Positions 18,811 to 26,483 of a stretch of 64,000 bases of DNA are shown here, one piece after another. Below the pieces are notes generated by a model. That model searched no databases. It had not been told where the DNA came from and saw only the letters and a program-made list of their open reading frames with translations. Source of the stretch: a bacterium. Its GTDB lineage: Bacteria > UBA10199 > 2-02-FULL-44-16 > JAAZCA01. A program made the translations under genes and the position numbers. Location of the stretch: contig CAXXGI010000003.1 in NCBI GenBank assembly GCA_963674695.2, forward strand, positions 1-64,000. The letters run 5' to 3'. Every line of letters starts with the position of its first letter. The stretch's first letter is position 1.

Positions 18811-18813
18811 GAC

Positions 18814-18948
18814 GCCTCCCTTTCCGTTGTCGCTTTCCGTTTCGGTTGTCCGTTCTCCGTTTTCTGCCCCCCCGCCCGGGTGAAGGGGCAGAAAACGGAG
18901 AACGGACAACCGAAACGGAGAACAGCGAACAGCAACGGAAAGGGAGGC
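18814..18948. repeat. Central inverted repeat of copy 2 (35-bp perfect inner arms, 14-nt loop)
   Basis: Arms 18836-18870 and 18885-18919; loop CCCGCCCGGGTGAA; outer arms contain the SDs. Confidence 0.92.
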
Positions 18949-18952
18949 AAAG

Positions 18953-19285
18953 ATGTTACATGAAAAACTGGACTGTTACCGGGAATCGATCACTTTAGCG
19001 AAGGAGCTCGGGGGGCTTGTCTGTGGATGGCCACGGGGTTATGGCTATCTGGTCGATCAGCTCAGAAGGGCCATGGCTTCCGTCGTGCTCAACTTGGCGG
19101 AGGGCAATGCCCGGATGGGCAAGGGGGAACGAAAGCGCTTCTTTCAGATATCCAGGGCTTCGCTTGCGGAGGTATCGGCCTGCATCGATCTGGCCGCCGC
19201 ATTCTCCTTGATTCCGGCACGATGCGAAATGAAGAACAAAGAGAGAGCCGATCGAATCAGCAGAATGCTCTACCGGCTCAGGTGA
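18953..19285 (+). CDS. Four helix bundle protein, type A
   Basis: Differs from 6717-7049 at 4 aa. Confidence 0.9.
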   Translation: MLHEKLDCYRESITLAKELGGLVCGWPRGYGYLVDQLRRAMASVVLNLAEGNARMGKGERKRFFQISRASLAEVSACIDLAAAFSLIPARCEMKNKERADRISRMLYRLR

Positions 19286-19478
19286 GCCGGTCATCAGAAA
19301 TCAACATCAGGATCAACATCACCATCATTATAATCAAAAATCAGAAGACAATTGTGCAATCATATCGTAATCTCTTATTGCTCTTGTGCGATCATATCGT
19401 GACTACTGCATATAAAGCGATATCCCCGATGACTCCATTCGGGGATGACACACAACATAGCGCGCTTTTGAAGCAATT

Positions 19479-20384
19479 ATGGATGACTTCCTGGGACAGC
19501 TCGGTGTCAATGTCAACGTCACCTTCCACCTGATCTTCTTCTCTCTGGTATGGGTACGCGTGCTCATGATGGCGTCCGTGCTTCCCTTTATCTTCGGAAA
19601 GCCCCTGCCAAAATATGTGGTGGTCGCGGTCTCCATGGCGCTGGCGGTCTTCGTTTATCCCGCCATCGTGCCGAGTGTTCCGCCGCCCCTTCCGGAGGAG
19701 CTGATCGTCCTCGTCATGCTCTTCGTCAAGGAAGCGTTCTATGGCTTTATCATCGGTATGTCGGTTGCCGTGATCTTTCATGCCTTCGCCTCCGTCGGCC
19801 AGATGATCGATAACCAACGCGGCATGTCGATCGCGCGCATCCTGATTCCTCAGTTGAATCAGCAGGGCTCGCTCTCCGGCATCTTTCTCTTTCAGCTCGG
19901 CATCGTGCTCTACCTCGTCGGGGGCGGGCATCTCATCTTCTTCAACTCGTTCTTCATGAGCTTTACGGTCTTGCCCGTCATGGGGTTTCCGTCGGTCGGG
20001 CCGGGGCTCTATCCGCTGGTCGATCTCTTCATGAACTTGACCGGAGAGGTGATCTATATCGCCCTGCAGATGTCTGCCCCGGTCATCATCGCCATCTTCA
20101 TGGCCGACATCATCCTCGGCATCGCCAATCGCATCGCGCCGCAGATCAACGTCTGGATGTTGGGCTTTACGCTCAAAGGCTATGTGGGGATTTTGCTGCT
20201 CTTCATCGCCATCACGATGATCGGCGATCAGATGATCGTCTATTCCAAAAAAGCCAACCGCTACACCGACGAGGCGATCCGGCTCATGGAAGGCAAGGTG
20301 CCCGAGGACGCCCCGCAGCTCATCTCGCCCGAGGAGGGCCTGCCCAAGTCGGAGGAGGGCGTGCCCAAGGTCGAATCGTTCTAA
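19479..20384 (+). CDS. sctT: Export apparatus SctT (FliR family)
   Basis: GQMIDNQRG, GGHL, ADIILGIANRIAPQINV. Confidence 0.95.
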   Translation: MDDFLGQLGVNVNVTFHLIFFSLVWVRVLMMASVLPFIFGKPLPKYVVVAVSMALAVFVYPAIVPSVPPPLPEELIVLVMLFVKEAFYGFIIGMSVAVIFHAFASVGQMIDNQRGMSIARILIPQLNQQGSLSGIFLFQLGIVLYLVGGGHLIFFNSFFMSFTVLPVMGFPSVGPGLYPLVDLFMNLTGEVIYIALQMSAPVIIAIFMADIILGIANRIAPQINVWMLGFTLKGYVGILLLFIAITMIGDQMIVYSKKANRYTDEAIRLMEGKVPEDAPQLISPEEGLPKSEEGVPKVESF

Positions 20385-20451
20385 GGTGGATCGGGGGCGT
20401 TTTTTTGTGAGGGAGCCATTTTTATATATGTATTTTATATGGGAATGATAT

Positions 20452-20733
20452 ATGATTGATATATATAAGTGGGATCCAGAGAAGAGCGCTGAAAACAAGC
20501 GAAAACACGGCATCTCGTTTGAGGAGGCCAGGGATACGATCTTTGAAGGAAAGAATATCCTGGCGTTAGGGATTGCGTATGACAAAGGGGAGTCCCGACA
20601 CGCAGTTATCGGAACACACAAAAAGCGGTATTATGTCGGTATCTTCACGGTTGTCGCAGGTATGATTCGCATCATATCGGTCAGGAGGGCGCGAAAGGAT
20701 GAAGAAAAACAAGCAAAAGATCGAGGACTTTGA
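20452..20733 (+). CDS. brnT: BrnT-family toxin
   Basis: WDPEKSAENKRKHGISFEEA...IRIISVRRA. Confidence 0.9.
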   Translation: MIDIYKWDPEKSAENKRKHGISFEEARDTIFEGKNILALGIAYDKGESRHAVIGTHKKRYYVGIFTVVAGMIRIISVRRARKDEEKQAKDRGL

Positions 20734-20950
20734 TGAGGCCTTCGACGAAGGGCGCGTTGCGGTCAATTTTCAGAACGGTGTGATGACGGAGGGGATGAGC
20801 CGCTTGGTAAAACTCCCGCCGCTGTCTATCCCCGCCTGGCTTGCTCTCGAGATCGACACCATCTCCAAGCTTCAGGCGAATTCACGTTCCTCCGTCATTC
20901 GCCAGCTGTTGGTTGAAGCGATCGAGGCAAAGCGCAAAGTTGCTTCCTGA
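20699..20950 (+). CDS. BrnA/CopG-like antitoxin
   Basis: Overlaps brnT; EDFDEAFDEG N-terminus and RHH-like C-terminus SRSSVIRQLL. Confidence 0.75.
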   Translation: MKKNKQKIEDFDEAFDEGRVAVNFQNGVMTEGMSRLVKLPPLSIPAWLALEIDTISKLQANSRSSVIRQLLVEAIEAKRKVAS

Positions 20951-21110
20951 ACGCATCTCCATTTCCCGTACAGCATCATAGCGCTGCCATCGGCAGAGCC
21001 GGCACTCCGAGCATAATCCCTCCCTTGTCCACCCCATCCTGGGGGTTTCAGACCCCGATAGAGGCGTTTTTCGGGGTGGGTCCCAAAACCGCATGATCGC
21101 CGGCTACGTG

Positions 21111-21123
21111 TAACTCATTGATA
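21111..21123. promoter_or_regulatory. IHF site candidate
   Basis: TAACTCATTGATA matches YAA-N4-TTGATW, about 50 nt upstream of a sigma54 promoter. Confidence 0.55.
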
Positions 21124-21170
21124 TTTCAAGTAAAATATGACATCCTCGTCTCCCTCGATGTGACGGGTCT

Positions 21171-21186
21171 TGGCACCTCCCTTGCA
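21171..21186 (+). promoter_or_regulatory. sigma54 -24/-12 promoter
   Basis: TGGCAC-CTCCC-TTGCA, exact consensus. Confidence 0.8.
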
Positions 21187-21257
21187 TAATAGGTGAGCGA
21201 GGGTGGTAAGATCCGCCGTCGCCGACACAGAGGATCGGCGACCATTCAGGAGGAACG

Positions 21258-22334
21258 ATGGTTATTCGCATCCAGGACACGAACAATGATGGACGCATCT
21301 CGCGCCAGGAGTTCGACGAGCAGACGCGTGATATGGCCAAGGAGGAGCGGGTCGTCATGAAGGTGGACGGCCGCGACATCTCCGGGACGCTCACTGAGTT
21401 TCAGAGCAAGGTCGACACGCTCTTTTCGGAGGCGGGCGATGCCACGAGTCCCAGCGAGACCGTCCAGCGCCAGGTCGATTCCCTGAAGGGGGAGCTCGAC
21501 TCGACGATGGCGGCGTGGAAACAGGCCGTCGAGCAGGGCAAAGAGGCCAAGGCCGATGAGCTCAAAACACAGGCGCAGACGATTCTGCAACAGATCAAGC
21601 AGATCAATGCGCGTGCGGCCCGGCCCGTGAATACATCATCGTATGAACAGCAGCTCGGCAGCGATGGGAGCAGCGACCGGGGCAGCGCGTTTAAGGCCAG
21701 CGTTCGGTCCGGCGGATCCGCGCAGGGTTCGGCGGCACAGGCCGGTGCACAGACCGGCACCAGGACATCGGGAACGAGTGGGTCGGCGGCGTTTCCTCCG
21801 GCCGGCTGGAGCGCGCAGAGCTTCGCCGCTGAGACGTTCAACAGTTCGGAGTATCTCCAGAGCTTGGCTGCCGAAGAGCACATCACGGAGAGCTGGGATT
21901 CGGTGAACCAGAACACCAGCCGCGGCAAACAGCTCATGCAGCTCTTTTTCTACTTCGCAAAGATGGCCGAGTCCGGCGACATGGGGGCGATGTTTCAGTT
22001 CATGAAGTTCATCACCTATATCGTTTCGAAGGATAAGGCCAAACAGCAGATCGAGATGGGCAAGAAGCTCATCCAGCTGCAGGATCTCTCGCGCCAGTGG
22101 ACGAATAAGCTCCTCGACATGAAATCCGACAGCACCGATCCGTCGGCATCCAACGACCTGATGAAGACGATGACCATCGTCAAGAGTGAGACCGACGCGA
22201 TCGCGACCTCGCAGAAGCTGATCAGTCAGATGATGGAGGAGTTCGGCCAGGTCGTCGAGACGCTCACGAACGTCACGCAGTCGGCGCTGCGGACGCAGGG
22301 CCGGATCATGCAGACCGTCTCCCGCATGTCGTAG
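21258..22334 (+). CDS. Putative T3SS substrate (translocator/filament-like) with N-terminal EF-hand-like motif
   Basis: DTNNDGRISRQE; coiled coils; AGGAGG SD; precedes a SycD-like chaperone. Confidence 0.6.
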   Translation: MVIRIQDTNNDGRISRQEFDEQTRDMAKEERVVMKVDGRDISGTLTEFQSKVDTLFSEAGDATSPSETVQRQVDSLKGELDSTMAAWKQAVEQGKEAKADELKTQAQTILQQIKQINARAARPVNTSSYEQQLGSDGSSDRGSAFKASVRSGGSAQGSAAQAGAQTGTRTSGTSGSAAFPPAGWSAQSFAAETFNSSEYLQSLAAEEHITESWDSVNQNTSRGKQLMQLFFYFAKMAESGDMGAMFQFMKFITYIVSKDKAKQQIEMGKKLIQLQDLSRQWTNKLLDMKSDSTDPSASNDLMKTMTIVKSETDAIATSQKLISQMMEEFGQVVETLTNVTQSALRTQGRIMQTVSRMS

Positions 22335-22494
22335 GGCGCATGCATTCCGGAACGGCTTGTGGAAAATCAGAGGCCCTGCCGCATGGCGGGGCCTTCTTGT
22401 CGGAGGGGCGAACGGGAAAAGCCTTGCCGGAGAGAGGGCAAAATGGTAATTTTTCCCAGGAGTTGTGGCCCAAGGGCGTTGTTCGGATGATATT

Positions 22495-23133
22495 ATGACC
22501 AAGAATCCCAAAGACAAGGTGAAGAAGAAAAAGCCCGAGTTTCCCATCGGCATTGAGCCCATGTCTCGCGAAGAGGCCGATGAGAAGATGAAGCATTTCT
22601 TCGCCTCCCTCGAAGAGCAGTTCAAGGACGTCCCCGAGGCGGAGATCGAGCGCGGGTTCAAGAAGATCCAGTCCTTCATCGACGGCAAGATCAACTGGGC
22701 GGAGCTCTTCAACTTCACTCCCGAGATGCTCTTCCAGATGGCCGAATATGGATTTACGCAGTTCAAGCGCGGTCGTTTCCCCGAGGCCGAACGCGTCTTC
22801 AAGGTGCTCACGGTGCTCGACTGGAATAACGGTTATTACCATTCCGTCATGGGTTCCATCCTGCAGCGTCAGCAGCGCTACGGCGAGGCGATCGCAGAGT
22901 TCACGCAGGCGATCGAGCTCGATGGCGAGGATATCGTCAGCCACACGAACCGGGGCGAGATCTTTCTGCGCCATGGCCTGCTCGATGAGGCCGAGGCCGA
23001 TCTCCTGCATGCGGCCGAGCTCGATCCGGAGGGTGCCGACAAGTTTGCGGCGCGCGCGCGCATGCTGCTCAAGGAGGTGGAAAAACGCCGGAAGCTTTCA
23101 GGGGGCGGCGGTGGGGCCAAGGGCGGGAAGTGA
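22495..23133 (+). CDS. SycD/LcrH-like TPR chaperone
   Basis: GFTQFKRGRFPEAERVFKVLTVLD...YYHSVMG; TPR repeats. Confidence 0.8.
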   Translation: MTKNPKDKVKKKKPEFPIGIEPMSREEADEKMKHFFASLEEQFKDVPEAEIERGFKKIQSFIDGKINWAELFNFTPEMLFQMAEYGFTQFKRGRFPEAERVFKVLTVLDWNNGYYHSVMGSILQRQQRYGEAIAEFTQAIELDGEDIVSHTNRGEIFLRHGLLDEAEADLLHAAELDPEGADKFAARARMLLKEVEKRRKLSGGGGGAKGGK

Positions 23134-23168
23134 TTTTCTTCTCTCCTGCAGGCATAAAGAGGTGACCC

Positions 23169-24164
23169 ATGGTCGATGTTCGAAAGACAACTCCTTTACG
23201 GCGTCGCGATACCGATCTGGAGCTGGAGCGCCAGAACATGATCGAGATGCTCAAGTCGGGCGAGAGCATCCATGACGTCTTCGCCAAGCAGTCCCTCTTC
23301 AAACTCAGCGATTTTACCGATTTCTTCGCGCGCCAGTATTCCGATTTCAACCGACAGATCATTCAGGATGCCGAGATCAAGTCGATGGAGGGGAGTTGTC
23401 CGCCCCCCGATCTGAATGCCTTTTACCTGACGCAGCGCGGGGCCACGCTCAAACCCGAAGAAGTTGCCCTCTTCAACGAGGCGATGCAGATGGCGGCCCA
23501 ACGCATGGCGCGCCGCAGCGGCAGTGGTGCCGGTGGCCGCGATACCGGCGCGCGCGCGGGGCAGGAGGGTCGGGAGACGGCGCGCAATCTCTTCAAGGCG
23601 AGCACCGTCGGGGGAAGCGCTGGCGCCGAGGATGCGGCGGCGACGATGACGGAAGAGGAACTCTACGAGTCGGCCCAAGGGACGCTCGGCGAGTGGGATC
23701 AATTTATGGAGGACAGTTGGGGGCAGATCTTCGACGCCCAGATGATGCAGGACTATGAGCAGCGCATGGGCGAGGTTAAACGCGAGGTGGATCGCTTGAT
23801 CACGCTCGCCAAGCAGGGCGCGATCGGTCCGGAGTTCGTCCTGATCGCTCTGGCCAAGGTCAATGTCACCAAGAATGGCGTGCTGATGAGCTGGCTGGGA
23901 AAGAAGGCCTTTCATGTCAACGAGTCGCTCAGCAATATCGCCAATGACTTGGGCGCGGCTGATCCGACGAGTGTGAATTATTATGCCGATCTCACGATCG
24001 GGAAGGAAAAGACGCGCGACGGCACGATGCAGCTGTCGCTGCTGACCCAGGATATGCAGAAGGTGACGCAGGATGTTGCGGGCGTGATCGAACAGGTGCA
24101 AAGCATGATCGGCGAGATCAACCGGACGCGTCGCGAGATTATCTCGCGTTATAACGTGTCGTAA
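23169..24164 (+). CDS. Putative T3SS substrate, distant paralogue of 21258-22334
   Basis: Helical C-terminal domain alignable by eye (LGKK vs MGKK); GAGG SD. Confidence 0.6.
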   Translation: MVDVRKTTPLRRRDTDLELERQNMIEMLKSGESIHDVFAKQSLFKLSDFTDFFARQYSDFNRQIIQDAEIKSMEGSCPPPDLNAFYLTQRGATLKPEEVALFNEAMQMAAQRMARRSGSGAGGRDTGARAGQEGRETARNLFKASTVGGSAGAEDAAATMTEEELYESAQGTLGEWDQFMEDSWGQIFDAQMMQDYEQRMGEVKREVDRLITLAKQGAIGPEFVLIALAKVNVTKNGVLMSWLGKKAFHVNESLSNIANDLGAADPTSVNYYADLTIGKEKTRDGTMQLSLLTQDMQKVTQDVAGVIEQVQSMIGEINRTRREIISRYNVS

Positions 24165-24342
24165 CAATCGGGAATACAAAATCCTAAATCCAAATGTCTA
24201 AACACATCCGAAATCTCAATGTCCGATATCCAAGACAGTTGTTTTGTCTGTTTGCTGGGCATTGGGTATTTGTCATTGGACATTGTTTGGATATTTGTCA
24301 TTTGGATTTTGACATTCCTCTATGCACAGGATGAGGGGATCC

Positions 24343-24918
24343 ATGGTTCAGGATGTGCGAACAGAGGCCTCAAGGCATACACCCATCATCGATCCGACTC
24401 CCGCCCGGCGCAAGCGCCTCACCGAGTTGCTGCACGCCTTTCTCGAAGATCGCGTCTGCTTGGCTGATCTCAAGGGAATTCCTCGCGAGCAACTCTATCA
24501 GCTCTCCGATGCCGGGTTTGTGAAATTCAAACATGGGCGAATGGACGAGGCGGAGAAAATCTTCCAAGGGCTCATCGTCCTCGATCATCGCAATGGCTAC
24601 TTTCATGCGATGATGGGGGCGGTCCACCAGAAGCGTGGTCGTCCCATCGAAGCCATCATGGAGTACACGCAAGCGCTGCGTCTGAACAAGAAGGACATCT
24701 CTTCCTTCGTCAATCGCGGCGAGATCTATCTGCGCCATCGCAACTACCGCAAGGCCGCTGAGGATTTTCGAAACGCCATCCTGCTCGATATGTCGGGAAT
24801 AAATCTCTGGGCCAATCGCGCTCGCTCGCTGGTCATCGCCATCAAGCGTTCCATGGAGCAGGATCGCACCCGCCCCCTCCGGCATCCGCCGCGCCGCCGT
24901 GTCAAACGGGAAGCGTGA
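24343..24918 (+). CDS. SycD/LcrH-like TPR chaperone (second)
   Basis: GFVKFKHGRMDEAEKIFQGLIVLD...NRGEI; paralogue of 22495. Confidence 0.8.
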   Translation: MVQDVRTEASRHTPIIDPTPARRKRLTELLHAFLEDRVCLADLKGIPREQLYQLSDAGFVKFKHGRMDEAEKIFQGLIVLDHRNGYFHAMMGAVHQKRGRPIEAIMEYTQALRLNKKDISSFVNRGEIYLRHRNYRKAAEDFRNAILLDMSGINLWANRARSLVIAIKRSMEQDRTRPLRHPPRRRVKREA

Positions 24919-24983
24919 ACCGTGAACGGAAAAACCCCTCTGCATATCACAGAGGGGTCAGGATGTTGATACATCCAGCTGTT

Positions 24984-25054
24984 GTCATCCCCGCGAAAGC
25001 GGGGATCTCGATGTGCAAATTGATAATCGAGATTCCCGCTTTCGCGGGAATGAC
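24984..25054. repeat. REP-like element between convergent genes
   Basis: GTCATCCCCGCGAAAGCGGGGATCTCG...CGAGATTCCCGCTTTCGCGGGAATGAC. Confidence 0.9.
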
Positions 25055-25066
25055 ACAACATTGTAT

Positions 25067-26455
25067 TCACTCCTCTTTCGTCGGGATGCCGTATTTCTTT
25101 AAGAGATTGCGCAGGTGTTTTCGATCGATCTCGGCTTCGCGCGCGGCCTTGGAGAGGTTGTGGTTGTGCCGCTGCAGGAGCTCCGCCAGATATTCCTTCT
25201 CGAACTGTTCGACGATATGCTGTTTGGCATCCTTGAACGGGATGTCCGTGTCGACATCCATCCGCTCGGTTCGTTCCTCGCCATGGGACATCTCGGCGAA
25301 GATAAAGTCGAGTTGCGGCTTGCCCATGGAATCCCCTTCGACGAAGGAGGAGACCCGTTCCATGACGTTGGCCAGTTCGCGAATGTTTCCCGGCCAGCCA
25401 TAGCGGGAGAGCATCTTGAGCGCATCGTCTTCGACGCGCGTTACCTTGAGTGAACCGTCTTCATTCTTGTTGTAGGCGCTCTTCATCAGAAAGTGCTCGA
25501 CGAGCGGCGGGATGTCATCCGGACGGTCGCGCAGTGAGGGCAGCATGACCTTGACGACGGAGAGACGGTAGTAGAGGTCCTCGCGGAAACGCCCCTCCTC
25601 GATCTCCTTGCGCAGGTTCCGGTTGGTGGCGCAGACTACGCGTACATCGATCTTGATGGGGACGTTGCTGCCGACGCGTTTGACCTCGCGTTGTTCCAGC
25701 GCGCGCAGAAGCTTTGGCTGGAGTTCGGAGGTGAGCTCCCCGATTTCGTCGAGGAAGATCGTGCCGCCGTTGGCAGCTTCGAATGCACCGCGCCGTGCTT
25801 TGACTGCACCGGTGAAGGATCCCTTTTCATGGCCGAAGAGTTCCGACTCGATCAGGTTTGGCGCGACCGCGGAACAATCGAAGACGACGAAGGGTTTGTC
25901 TTTTCGCAGGCTGTTCTCATGGATGGCGCGCGCGACCAGATCCTTTCCCGTTCCCGTCTCTCCCTCGATGATGACCGTGGCGTGCGTCGGTGAGATCTTT
26001 TCGAGGATCGAAAAGATCTGCCGCATCTTCCGGCTCTTGCCCACCATTTCGCCGTACTGTTCGCGGTCGGAGGGTTCGATCTTGATCTTCTCGTCGAACG
26101 CGACGAATTCAAGGGTGGTATTTCCCACCTTGATGATGTCGCCCGGCGAGAGGTAGGCTTCCTTCACCTTCGAACCGTTTAGATACGTACCGTTGGTCGA
26201 TCCCAGGTCGCGCAACAGAAAGCTATCGGACGAGTATTCGATCTCCATGTGGTTGCGCGAGACGGTTTTATCGCTGACGACGAGGTCGTTGCTCTCGCGT
26301 TTGCCGATCTTGATGAGGTTTTTGTTGAGCGGAATCTTCTTTCCGCGGCTGGGTCCCTCGGTCACGACCAGCTGGCACTTGCGCAGTGAGACGACTTCGG
26401 GCGTGTCGTCGAGTTTTAGCAACTCCGTTTTTCCCTCAAACTCTTTTTCCACCAT
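25067..26455 (-). CDS. FHA-domain sigma54 enhancer-binding protein
   Basis: FHA (VSRNH, DLGSTNGT), GETGTGKD, ESELFGHEKGSFTGA, FREDLYYRL, C-terminal HTH. Confidence 0.95.
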   Translation of the reverse strand: MVEKEFEGKTELLKLDDTPEVVSLRKCQLVVTEGPSRGKKIPLNKNLIKIGKRESNDLVVSDKTVSRNHMEIEYSSDSFLLRDLGSTNGTYLNGSKVKEAYLSPGDIIKVGNTTLEFVAFDEKIKIEPSDREQYGEMVGKSRKMRQIFSILEKISPTHATVIIEGETGTGKDLVARAIHENSLRKDKPFVVFDCSAVAPNLIESELFGHEKGSFTGAVKARRGAFEAANGGTIFLDEIGELTSELQPKLLRALEQREVKRVGSNVPIKIDVRVVCATNRNLRKEIEEGRFREDLYYRLSVVKVMLPSLRDRPDDIPPLVEHFLMKSAYNKNEDGSLKVTRVEDDALKMLSRYGWPGNIRELANVMERVSSFVEGDSMGKPQLDFIFAEMSHGEERTERMDVDTDIPFKDAKQHIVEQFEKEYLAELLQRHNHNLSKAAREAEIDRKHLRNLLKKYGIPTKEE

Positions 26456-26483
26456 GGGCTGCTCCTTTTGTCGGCCACGTCTT

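Larger units (their letters stand above)
18338..19410. mobile_element. Twin four-helix-bundle palindromic cassette, copy 2 (intact)
   Basis: TG...CA ends, flanked by TATAAAG at 18331-18337 and 19411-19417; termini shared with copy 3; inserted between sctS and sctT. Confidence 0.75.

Noticed and set aside
18475-19285. 23S rRNA intervening sequence
   Set aside because: No rRNA sequence flanks any copy; they sit between protein or tRNA genes.
8530-20384. Flagellar operon
   Set aside because: SctJ-type lipoprotein rather than FliF, SycD chaperones present, and no hook, rod, flagellin or mot genes.
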